Position numbers and translations under genes: made by a program. DNA of 64,000 nt from Owenia fusiformis (lineage: Eukaryota), in assembly GCA_903813345.2 (NCBI GenBank), contig CAIIXF020000001.1, positions 7,130,001 to 7,194,000 of the forward strand. Direction: 5' to 3'. The notes below the pieces were generated by a model. That model was not told the origin of the DNA. It ran no database searches and saw only the letters and a program-made list of their open reading frames with translations. Position 1 is the first letter of the stretch. Each line of letters starts with the position of its first letter. Below, piece by piece: positions 11,996 through 23,722 of this stretch.

Positions 11996-12708
11996 GCCCA
12001 ATTTACACTACGCGCAGCATTTCAAGACGTTTTGGCTAAAACGTTTTAGGAAAATTAAGTTGAGTTTACATTACCACTTTCAAGACGTCTTAGGAAATAA
12101 GATCGACTTTACACCTGTTTTCCTAAAACGTCTTAGAGATATGTAGGTATACATGTAAAATGAAAAAAAAGCAGTTCAGTGCTGGTTGAACGACGGCTCA
12201 GTCAATATAGCTATTCCTTTCCCGCTTCTATACTTCGTACTCGACTTTGTACTGAAGAATGCATCGGTTTCAGAAAAATATGTCCTAAAGACAGCATTGT
12301 TAAAAGCATGAAAGAGAGCAGGAAGATTGTATGCATAAATTAGGATTATGATAAATCGCCAGCCAAATAAGTTCTTCTCAATAATTTTGGGATGATATTA
12401 GGAACAAGGGATAAGGCAAAATAAAGGACCATGCAACATATGTAAATGGAAAGTTTCAAATGTTTCGTTCGGCGAAACGCAAAAAACCGGGCTAAGAGCT
12501 CTTAGCTAAAACCGATGGATTTACACTTGCTTCGTAAAACGTTTTAACGCTAAGACGTCTTGGCTATGACTAGGGTTCTAAAACGTTTTAGCTAAGCGCT
12601 CTTAGCCGAGAGCTCTTGAGTAAATCTGGATTTACATTACATTTGTAAAACGTTTTAACGCTAAAACGTTTTAGCTAAGACGTCTTAGCGCGCAAGTGTA
12701 AATCCACC
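11996..12708. mobile_element. Harbinger-like MITE nested in a HINE-like fragment (~11735-12990)
   Basis: ATTTACACTACGCGC / GCGCGCAAGTGTAAAT ends with many AAAACGTTTT/AAGACGTCTT palindromes. It interrupts the host unit CTAGCCAAAA|GTGTCAT shared with 19674-21190. Confidence 0.6.
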
Positions 12709-13515
12709 AAAAGTGTCATAAGACAATGTGCCATGCTTGTGAGTATTTACATATCAAATATGAACAAAATCGCTCTATTACTTTATCAGTTATAGTAAAA
12801 CGTAAAATAACGTAATAATGGCAGCCATTTTCAAAATAGCCGCCGTCTAGCCAAAATGTCATGAAACAGTGTGCTTATGAGTATACATATCGAATATGAA
12901 CAAAATCGCTAGATACTACTTTTCAAGTGACAGCAAAAACTGTAAAATAGCGTTTAGCTGCTAACATAAATGCAAGTTTTAACAAAAGTGAACATGTCTC
13001 AAATGCTATGACGATTATTTGAAAATGATTTTGAAAACTTATTTTATTACTTTGAGAACTAAAAAACAATTCTATTCTACCTGTATCACATGGTTTATAT
13101 ACATCATTTTAATGTACATCTATCCTGTAAACCATCGAACACGAACTCTCCCGACTTCCAGCTCTCGCACTCTTTTGTATTCTGTTCTCGGGGTAAGAAT
13201 AAAACGGGGTATATACTATACACGTCATACCCGGGCTCTTCAGAGTCAGGGATTTTTATGAATCACTACTAGTAAGTTACGGGCGTGTTCGTCTTTTGTA
13301 AGTGTTTGTGCTGAAATAACACTTAAACTCGAATTGACACACGAGTCATCAATCGTGTTGGAAATCCTGTTGGTTTTTAACATGCGATGAAGAGGAGGGA
13401 AACCCTCAGAGCGGTAGCGATGACAGACATGCATATTACGCCTCGTTTGCGCAAATTCTCACCATTTAATCAGTTTTTGAATATAACATGTCGTTGTGAT
13501 GCTTTAATCGATGTA

Positions 13516-14574
13516 CAGGGTGTTCCAAAAGTAACAGGACTGGTGCTGGCATTTTGTTAAATATGCACCAATCAGCTTCAAAATTTTACATAATGTACTT
13601 TCATGTATCTTTACTAAAACGTCAAAGTTTCGACAAAAAATATGTAACCCGGGTAGAGTTATGGTTGCTATGGTAACATGACATCACAATACCCGGGGCA
13701 ACATTCCACGCAGAAAGTTACATTAAGACAGAAAGAGACATTAAGCATTTTGTGAATCCCATATCAAAGTTAAAATGCAACAACTGGTGGGAATTACATT
13801 TGTTTTACATAATTTGATATTCCTATGTATCCTATTTACTTTGAAAAATAGGCTCCTCTTTGGTCAGTAGAAGAGTAGCACTCTGTATCCATGACTCAAA
13901 CACATGATTGAACCCATTTGAGGACATGTCACGCATGGTCGATTGAACAACTTGGAGAAGGTCATTTTCATTTTTAAAGATCTTACAGCACTGCTTAGTA
14001 TTCCATTCTCCATATAAGTAAAAATTGGATGTTGCATGATCAGAAGAGTATGGTGCATGGTTTAAGAACTCAAGACCTAGCTCCTCTATAGCTGCATGGT
14101 CTTTAATGGTGACCTGCGGGCAGGCTTGTTATCAAGGTGGATGACTGGCTTCAAATTGGGTCTTCTCAAAAACTCAACCATGAATTGTTCAGACTAATTC
14201 ATTGTGATATTCTAGGAAATTGAATAAATATAATTATAATGAAATTATACTTGAATCTGAGTTTTATAGCAACACCTTTACAACAAAGCAACTAATAAAA
14301 TAAACAAGAAATGTTGTATTATAATAGGTAAATTAGATACTTTCTTCAGTAATACAAAAATGTTAGATATCACATTTTCAGAAAAAAGTTGCCCCGGGTA
14401 TTGTGATGTCATGTTACTATAGTAACCACAACTCTACCCGCATTTCATCATTTTTTCTGAAACTATACAATTTTAGTTGCAATACTTTAAAGTACAATTT
14501 GTGAAAGTTTGAAGATAATCAGTGCAAAATTGACAAAATGCCAGTACCAGTCCTGTTACTTTTGGAACACCCTG
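13516..14574. mobile_element. Tc1/mariner-type MITE with TA TSD
   Basis: TA-CAGGGTGTTCCAAAAGTAACAGGACTGGT ... ACCAGTCCTGTTACTTTTGGAACACCCTG-TA, with ~200-bp imperfect arms. Confidence 0.9.
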
Positions 14575-15185
14575 TAAGCATATTCCTTCCATCTTTCTTT
14601 ATCTTGATGTGAAATAACAAGCTATGATATTGGTTAACACGCCAGAAATTAACATAATATTATTCGAAGCGTTATTAGAAAATTTTTAATCTGCCATTTT
14701 TGTTTGTCGATTTGGACCAATCAGGATGGTGGGTCATCTCAATACAATTTTACTATAGACGTACGTCATATTTGAACACTGGGATTTCTCCCCTCTTATG
14801 CGTGTGTGAGCTTTTTAAATCAATCTTTGAATTTCGAGGAAGATTGGCTCCCAGGATCGACAGTCGATATTTTCCAACAATGAAAACGTCGAAATGTCGT
14901 TATTTTCTGAAATTACTACCGAGTATAAAGTCAAAGAAACAGTCCAATAGATTCGAACCAATATCTCGATCATTTCTTTTGGAGTTTGGGAATTTTTCGT
15001 TTGGGCATAAGACCAAAATTCACGATTCAAATGCTGAAGTGAACAAAATGGCGGCTGTTTTCAGAGCTTTAGCGATGACAGACATATGATAGTACGTCTC
15101 TTGCGTACCACCTTCGTTTGCGCAAATTCTCACCAGTTAGTTTTTGAATACTAGTAGAACATGTCGCTGTTATGTTTTAATCGAT

Positions 15186-15424
15186 CGTAGGCGTAGCCAG
15201 AGGGCTACGATAATACCCCCTCATAACCTATAAAACCATGAGGAAGAGGAAGACAAGAGCTTTAAAAAGCTTTTTATTCGAAGCTTCTTGCTCAATTTTG
15301 AAGGAAGTTGCATCAATAATATGTTTATGCTTGTTTATGCCACAATCGCAACCCCCTGACAGAATACCGAAATTTTTGGCGATAGCACCCCCTCCTCCCT
15401 GACTGAAAGCTGGCTACGTCCCTG
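15186..15424. mobile_element. CAGGGGCG-type MITE with 5-bp TSD
   Basis: GGCGTAGCCAG / CTGGCTACGTCCCTG ends. TCGAT at 15181-15185 and 15425-15429. Confidence 0.75.
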
Positions 15425-15744
15425 TCGATGTAAGCATATTCCTACCATCTTTCTTTATCTTGCTGTGAAATAACAAGCTATATTGGTTAACACGCCAGAA
15501 ATTAAGATAATATTATTTGAAGCGTTATTAGAAAATTTTGAATCCGCCATTTTTGTTTGTCGATTTGGACCAATCAGGACGGTGGTTCATCTCAATACAG
15601 ATTTACATTATAGACGTATGTCATTTTTGAACCCTGGGGTTTCTCCCCCTCTTACGTATGTATGTATGTACTACCTTTATTTCCTCCATAAATCTTATTA
15701 AGGGAATTCCCCCGAAATAAATAAAATTGAATATGTGATAAGTA

Positions 15745-16385
15745 CAAGGGCCGATCAAAAAGTTTCTTACCGTTGGCTCTCAATTTTATAATAAGAAGAG
15801 TTAGAAGCTCAAACTTTACCATGAGACAGGATAGTTAGTTTGCTTGGAACTGTATAAGTTTCATATTATTGATAGTGACACAGAGTCAGTTCATATTTTC
15901 AATGACATTGTTAGGTGGAGCAGCGTTATATATAAAATATCTGCCGAGTTGTGGTTCTGGAAATTTACCGACATCGTTTCAAACCTCTCATACGGAGGCC
16001 TTAAACATGTGTTTTTGGATCGAGTGGACAGATATAGAAAGTGCATTGCAACTGGGGTTGAATATATATTGAATGAGAATGATTATTAGCAGAAAAACTA
16101 ATTAAACGTGATTAAATTACAGTCTGTTGACAGATGACACTACTTAGTGTTAGAATTTTCCAAAACTGCAGCTTAGCACAATTTTTTATAAAAAACGCTG
16201 CTCCACCTAATTCAATCATTGAAAATATGTATTGACTCTGTGTCACTACCAATGAACCAATTTAAATGAAACTCAGGCAATCTCAAGCAAACTTACCACC
16301 CTGTCTTATGTAAAAGTTTGAGCATCCAACTCCTCTTATTATAAAATCTAGAGCCAACGGTAAGAAACTTTTTGATCGGCCCTTG
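15745..16385. mobile_element. Internally deleted mariner-like element with TA TSD
   Basis: TA-CAAGGGCCGATCAAAAAGTTTCTTACCGTTGGCTCT ... exact reverse complement-TA. The internal remnant RYRKCIATGVEYI resembles the mariner transposase C-terminus (RxxKCIxxxGxY). Confidence 0.85.
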
Positions 16386-17071
16386 TATGTGTTCCTTGTC
16401 AAGCTCAGCCAAGGGTCAACTGTTTTCAATTACTTCAAAAATCAACTGCTGGGCTACTACATTATATTGAGAATATTGAGTAAATGAGTTTTATTTCTCA
16501 TTCAGATTGTGATTTTGATGTCATTCCATGCATCTACAAACTAAAATTTTCAGATTTGGAACTTCACCTGCATAAACAAGAACACATTTATATTGAATTA
16601 TAGTATAATGTTAGTTTATTGTTTCAGTTAAAACAAATGCGCAACTATAAGGTTGGAAAAAACTACTACAGCTTTTTTCTCACTATAAATCACAAGATAA
16701 AGTTAACGAAAATGTGTATACATATATTATTTACCGAATACTACTGCAATATAGATAGTGTGCATAAATATCTATTTCTAACCAGGATATTTTACTGCAT
16801 TATCCCACAAAAATAATTATTACATGTTATTCTGTTATACATGTATTCAAGTTTTATTTACAATAAACTCACCTATAAAAGTAAAAAATTGGATTTAGCC
16901 ATATTACAGTTATCCTTTCAAAGAGTATGTGAAAAAAGCTTTATCCACACTCATGTGTTTCTCTTATTTCTCTTATCTTAACTCTCAATTATGCATCAGA
17001 TATGTTAAAAAACAAGATAAGATGAAATCAGATTTCAATATTAAACATATGGTCATTGTTTTTAAATTGTG

Positions 17072-20000
17072 TCAAGTTTTCTTTCTTGAGGTATTTTCCT
17101 CCACATATAACTGCATCTGCAATAAAAACAACAACAGATAAACGAACCAAAATTAAAAAGTGAAACATGTATATTCGAACACCTGGCTTATCTGAACACC
17201 TTCGTGGTCCCATTTTTTTTCCCCATTGACTCCCATGTTATTAAAAAAACTTTGAAATCTGAACACTTTACACTCATATTTGAAAAATCAACCTGCCTAA
17301 TCTGAACACTTTGCACAAAATATTACATATTTCTTAAAATTTGCTCAAATATTTTCAACTGAACATTGATAATTGTAATGATATCAAAACTTTGGAAAAA
17401 AATCAAATGGTATCATAATGGGTCTTTCTACCATGACTCACTAAACTCAATCGAATTGGTTTTTGGAATGCCATAAAGCTATGTGGTCAATAGAAATATT
17501 AATATTCATTAAGAATGCATTTATATTTCTTCAAAATCCAGAATCTTTTATGAATCATATTGTAGTCTTTTAGAAGTCAGTTCATGTACATGTAGTCATA
17601 TGCAGTATACAGTAGTCAATGAAAGAGATATCCAGAACTGCATTATTCCCACTGTCTACTTACCTTGACAACAGCATTGTCTACAGACTTCAATGGTAGC
17701 ATAGATGATTCTCCCATGTAGGTTTGCTCTCTCTCTGCTTCAACCCATGTAAATTCCTTCAACATAGCAGAAAAACATAGCCATGTGATAAAACTTATTG
17801 TTAGTACCTCAGCTAAAATACTCGATTCTGATTGGTTGATTAGCGGTCAACAATATGTACTGTTGACCGCTACTAAAAACTGTTGACCACTACTTTTGAA
17901 AAATAAGTTTCATGACATCATAATGTCTACAGAAATAATGGTAGACGGACATTTTGTAAACGTTGATGAAAGTGATATTTTGACTCTACAAGACGACAAG
18001 TATAGTAAAAATACAAATAGAAACGTAAAATTAACATTAATTTACAAATGAGTATGCATTGCTGGCATGGTTCGGAGAAAAGATTGTGAAATGAAGCCAT
18101 GCCGATTGATGATTGTTGTCTATATGTGTATTATTAGTTTCTTCGGCCAAACAAAACAATTGTAGACCTCTCCATTCGGTCAACCGTCAAAATCATATAC
18201 CTCGACTGTAAACCTTGAAACTACTGTTGACCTCGACCCTCGACCTCTGGTCTCTGTCGACAGTAGTTTCTCGGTTTACAGTCTCGGTATACAATATTGC
18301 CGGTTGACCTCTGGAGAGGTCAACAATTGTATACAGTGTGCCAAAATCTGTATATGTTTGTTATTAAAAATAATTGCCCCAGTCCTTGTTCATTCCAGGA
18401 TTATAGCCAGGAGTTTGAAATGGAAAAGGCACACTATATGATTATGAGACCACATTGACAGGAACTTTAAAAATGTAATTGTCACAGACATACATACAGC
18501 TACATTTCTTCATTTAAATGTTGTGTTTTATCTGACCATATGTGATCCATGGCATTGGTGTCGGAAGGGGGAGGGTGTTGGGGGCGACCGCCCAAAAAGT
18601 GAACACCCCCTTGGCAAATCCTGGCTACAGGCCTAGTGTATGTTTATTTCAGCATACAAGTAAGCTATTTCTGATGTATGCATAGAAATAATGCTGATAC
18701 TTACTTGAGCTAAGGTGTATGTTTATTTCAGCATACAAGTAAGCTATTTCTGATGTATGCATAGAAATAATGCTGATACTTACTTGAGCTTTAGGTGTAT
18801 GTTTATTTCAGCATACAAGTAAGCTGTTTCTGATGTATGCATAGAAATAATGCTGATACTTACTTGAGCTAAGGTGTATGTTTATTTCAGCATACAAGTA
18901 AGCTATTTCTGATGTATGCATAGAAATAATGCTGATACTTACTTGAGCTAAGGTGTATGTTTATTTCAGCATACAAGTAAGCTATTTCTGATGTATGCAT
19001 AGAAATAATGCTGATACTTACTTGAGCTTTAGGTGTATGTTTATTTCAGCATACAAGTAAGCTATTTCTGATGTATGCATAGAAATAATGCTGATACTTA
19101 CTTGAGCTAAGGTGTATGTTTATTTCAGCATACAAGTAAGCTATTTCTGATGTATGCATAGAAATAATGCTGATACTTACTTGAGCTTTAGGTGTTTGTT
19201 TCATGTCAGCATACAAGTAAGCTATTTCTGATGTATGCATAGAAATAATGCTGATACTTACTTGAGCTTTAGGTGTATGTTTATTTCAGCATACAAGTAA
19301 GCTATTTCTGATGTATGCATAGAAATAATGCTGATACTTACTTGAGCTAAGGTGTATGTTTATTTCAGCATACAAGTAAGCTATTTCTGATGTATGCATA
19401 GAAATAATGCTGATACTTACTTGAGCTTTAGGTGTTTGTTTCATGTCAGCATAAGCAATTTCTGTTGTATGAACCTGGATGCACCAACTGCATTCTTAAA
19501 ATTAAAAAATCATATCTTTTCTTAGTTCAAAAGTCACCTACAAGTTCTCAGATCTGACCTTAAATTTCAGATTTGACCTTCAAATTGTCAAAATGACTAC
19601 GAGGGCCTCCATGATATTGTTTGCAATCTTAAATTTGCATAATTGTGATAATAAAAGTTCTCTCATTTTTAACAAAGCATATTGCAACCAGAACAACGGC
19701 AACGCCAAAGCGTAGCGAATCCTATCGAACAGAAATGGCTGGCATTTTTACAAACGAATAGCAAATATCATAAAACAACACACCAGAAAGGCCACCATTT
19801 TCAAAATGGTTGCTCACTAGCCAAGTTGTCATCAGATGAAATAATATGCTTTTACGTAGCCACTCTAAAATTTTTGAAAAATCGCACACGTACTTGTAAA
19901 ATAACACACATAAAAATGGTGGTCATTTTTCAAAATGGCCAACTACTCCCCAAAGTTTTATTAGACAATGTGCCATGCTTTAAGTATTCACATATCAAAT

Positions 20001-22563
20001 TTGAACAAAATCTCTCAACTTCTTTTCGAGTTATAGTAAAATACGTTAAAATGGCGACCATTTTTCAAAATGGCCACCTTCTACCAAAAGTGTCATTAGA
20101 AATAGACAGGGTGCCATGCTTATAGTATTCACATACCAATGAACAAAATCGCTCCACTACTTTTCGAGTTATAGTAAAATATGTTAAAATGGCAGCCATG
20201 TGATAAAACTTATTGTTAGTACCTCAACTCAATTTTTCAAATTTTTTTTCAAAATTGCCGCCTTCTACCAAAAATGCCATAGGACAGTGTGCCATGCTTA
20301 TAGTATTCACATACTAAATATGAACAAAATCGCTCCACTACTTTTCGAGTTATAGTAAAATACGTTAAAATGGCGGCCATTTTTCATTTTTCTACCAAAA
20401 GTGTCTTTAGACAGTGTGCAAAGCTTATAGTATTCACATACCAAATATGAACAAAATCGCTCCACTATTTTTTGAGTTACAGCAAAAATCGTAAAATGAC
20501 GAGTAAAGGCTGCCATTTTTAAAGATGGCTGCCACGTGCTTCTTTAATATCTACATTTGTAGCATTATTAATGTCCTTTATATTCACAAATGTCCTTTAG
20601 TATTCACAAATATGAACAAAATCGCTCCACTACTTTTCGAGTTATAGCAAAATACGTTAAAATGGCGGCCATTTTTCAATTTTTTTTTCAAAATGGCCAC
20701 CTTCTACCAAAAGTGTCTTTAGACAGTGTGCAATGCTTATAATATTCACATACCAAATATGAACAAAATCGCTCCACTATTTTTTGAGTTACAGCAAAAA
20801 TCGTAAAATGACGAGTAAAGGCCACCATTTTTCAAGATGGCTGCCATGTGCTTCTTTAATATCTACATTTGTAGCATTATTAATGTCCTTTATAATTTTT
20901 TTACATTTAAAACATATTGCTATTACAGTTTTACATATTGCACCTAAATTACTGTAAAATCGGCACTAAAATGGCCGCCATTTTGAAATGAGCTGCCATT
21001 TCGAAAATCGGCTTTCGAGCAGAACTTCTACCCCCATAGGGTATATGTGTACAAAATATGAACAAAATCGGGCCAACGGTATTTGAGTTATTGCCCGGAC
21101 GGACGGACGGATGGACGGACTTACGTACGGACGGACGGACGGAGGCGTTCCCTATATCCCTCCGAACTTCGTTCGATGGGATAATAACAAAACTCATGGG
21201 CATTTTCTTGACAGATAGAATATCAAAATAATGACAAAATATTATTCAAAATGAATTAGTTTTAAACAATATTGTAACTTGTGATTTCCTTCAAGTTTTG
21301 AATCATATCTGTCATGTATAAATTGTATTCAAAATTAAAGGAATCTGTTGTTTGAACTTATCTAATTTTACAGGCCATGGGATACACAATGTTTTATAAA
21401 GCATATTATCTCTTTTGTTGAAAATTGTTTTAGATGGCCATAGGAGGCAATCATAGAAATACTTCAGCAACAATTCACTCGAACTCTTGCTTGATTGTGA
21501 TGATTATCATCTTGACTCACACTCATACTGTATAACTAAAAGGAAGTTCACCTTGTGGGTTGGTTGTAAGAATAGCATCACATATATTCAATTTGAGCAG
21601 GAAAGCCCTTAGAGCATCCTCCAAGCGCACTAGATACATGTCTTCACTGCAATGTAACCAAACAAAAGAATTCAGGTTTCATAAAATAATCACAATGTAA
21701 ATGTAGTGATATAAATTCAGCAATGAGTTTGACTAAAAGTTCTCCTAGAATAAGTGAGCTACTTAAATTCAAAAAATGATTGAAATACATGTCAATGCGA
21801 TTTAAGACATGTACCGCACATTAAGGGTTAATAGAATAAGAGTAAGAATGTACCTAAAATCACATGCTGTTGCTGAGGCAATCTCAAAGACGAATTTCTC
21901 TGTTGGTCTGCTGCTACCATCCAATATTGTCATACAGACTCGGTCAGCTGTATGCTTATCCAGCAATGGTTTCAGGCTCTGTATTGTGGCAATTATGTAT
22001 TGGTTCACATCTGGATGGGTTGACATTTGTATCGGAACATTGTATTTCTTGCGTCTTTCAAAGATACCTGCTGGGTATAGTTCTCTTGTGTAAAGAATAC
22101 TATGGAAGGCTACTTCAAGGAATTCACTTAAAATGTCAGATGTCACTGAAAGATAACAGTAAATATTGTTGCGAATAAGTTTATTTACAAAATACTTTTT
22201 AGTGATAACCTCAGAAAACTTCATATAAAACTTTTAGAAATAAATAACTGAATAATGAAGATTGATAGTGCACTGTGAATCACAATTTGCTGATGACAAA
22301 AAGAGGTGCAGTTTGACCTTAGGTTTATATTCTATTCAAATTCTATCACTGTTTTAATTGAACGATTATTGGCATAGACATAGCCTCAGAGAGCAAAAAG
22401 TGAAAAATTATTAGCAAATGCGAATGGGCGATAATGGAGAGAATTATTAGGATTTGTCTGTGGCGAATTGCAATAAATTCTTTACAAGGGACGAATATAA
22501 AATAAAAACGTTGATTTTACCTTGTGTTACATCAAGATTCGTTGAATTTCGTCCAGTATTCAT
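17072..22563 (-). CDS. MAD2L2: MAD2L2/REV7 HORMA-domain protein (DNA pol zeta / shieldin subunit), 6 coding exons, 213 aa
   Basis: Exons 22563-22521, 22145-21854, 21646-21552, 19494-19421, 17756-17664 and 17116-17072 total 642 nt, all GT/AG with consistent phases. Translation includes [72 protein letters not shown] and PLKSV..VVKMQLYVEE, matching REV7 hallmarks. Confidence 0.95.
17812..18332. mobile_element. Non-autonomous hairpin-containing interspersed element (possibly Crypton-like) in MAD2L2 intron 4
   Basis: Starts CTCGATTCTGATTGGTTGA. Internal inverted repeats GCGGTCAACA/TGTTGACCGC and a terminal long hairpin at 18160-18330. Family assignment is from recalled motif similarity only. Confidence 0.4.
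18637..19452. repeat. 79-81-bp minisatellite (~10 units) derived from the MAD2L2 exon-4 3' end and 5' splice site
   Basis: Unit on the minus strand: CATACATCAGAAATAGCTTACTTGTATGCTGAAATAAACATACACCTTAGCTCAA|GTAAGTATCAGCATTATTTCTATG. It aligns with exon 4 CATACAACAGAAATTGCTTATGCTGACATGAAACAAACACCTAAAGCTCAA|GTAAGT. Confidence 0.92.
19674..21190 (+). mobile_element. HINE/DINE-1/pearl-like (Helentron-associated) element with internal tandem repeats, in MAD2L2 intron 3
   Basis: Array of ~120-150-bp units containing AAAATGGCGGCCATTTT. (GGAC)n microsatellite at 21097-21142, then a short 3' hairpin CCCTCCGAACTTCGTTCGATGGG followed by ATAA. Confidence 0.75.
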
Positions 22564-23722
22564 GATTTTTATTGTTTTGAAAAGGACTATAATTTTTCAT
22601 TTTCTAATTAGGGATCCCGAGTGTTTTATTTTCAACAATATTGTGGAGAATCTGGTATTGCAATTCCAGTCATCCCCCTCCCACTCACTATGTATTAGGT
22701 AGAATTTTTACATTAGCTATTTGAAAGCCCATGGATTGACATACTATTTTATGACCAACTCATTTAAGCCTAAATATGAATGGAATAGTGGCAATTTCCT
22801 ACACACATGATTGGGCCTTTACTTGGGGTTTTGCCCCCCCCCCAGCTCTCGGAGGATTACTTAGTTTACTCAAAGCTATCCTGGCTATGTGCAAATATAG
22901 TAATCGGAGGAGATGTATTCAGAGGAACATATATATTGTCCTGGTACGGGATAAGGGAAGGGCAAAAGGCTTCGCAGTTAGACTCAGACTGCATAACTCA
23001 CCCATTCTCAATAAGAATGCAAAATAGGTGACCCAGGGCTCAATCTCAGCATTTACATTACCAACATCACTTTTTGTTGTATATATAAATAGTATATATG
23101 ACCCTCTACCTAGCACGTTTGTAATATATGATTTCTCAGTAACACATATTTTATTATATGTACTAGAATAGGGCTATTCATCAGTTACGTGACTGTCGCC
23201 ATATCAAAAATCAGGATTGTATGGTGCCATTAGAGAATTTTTCATGCATAACATCCCATATAAAGTGGTGTATTATACACAAGGCGATCCCAGCTTCTGG
23301 TTAAATGACAGAAACTATCATTTTGACATTTTAACCATGTTGAAACTGTTCCTTGACCAATGTCGCCAGACTTTTTTATATCAACCCCCCTGTGCTATAA
23401 ATCATATAAAAACTGGTGAAAAATTAATGTTTCATATGTGCCATATACGTATCTGGATTCCAATTTGAATACTTAATAGAAAGTCGTAAAAGTTGATATT
23501 TGAAACGTTGAGATTTTGGGGCCAGAAAATTATAATTCCCGTTTTTCATGAAGTTATAGATAAGAAAATCATTTACGTGATCATAGTTTTCACAGGCAAT
23601 AAGTGTCTGAGCAAATTAATGTTATATCACCTTATTGTATGGTAGGAGTGATCCTTGTTGATCAGTATTTTTAACTAAATTGACATTGTTTGAATATAAT
23701 ACAGCCAGCAAAAGGGTATTTC

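Noticed and set aside
18637-19452. CRISPR-like array (also 55290-56187)
   Set aside because: Units are repeated end to end with no unique spacers, there are no cas genes, and the context is eukaryotic intron.
19682-21203. ORFs of 147, 84 and 69 aa
   Set aside because: They fall within the tandem units and microsatellite of the HINE-like element in a MAD2L2 intron.
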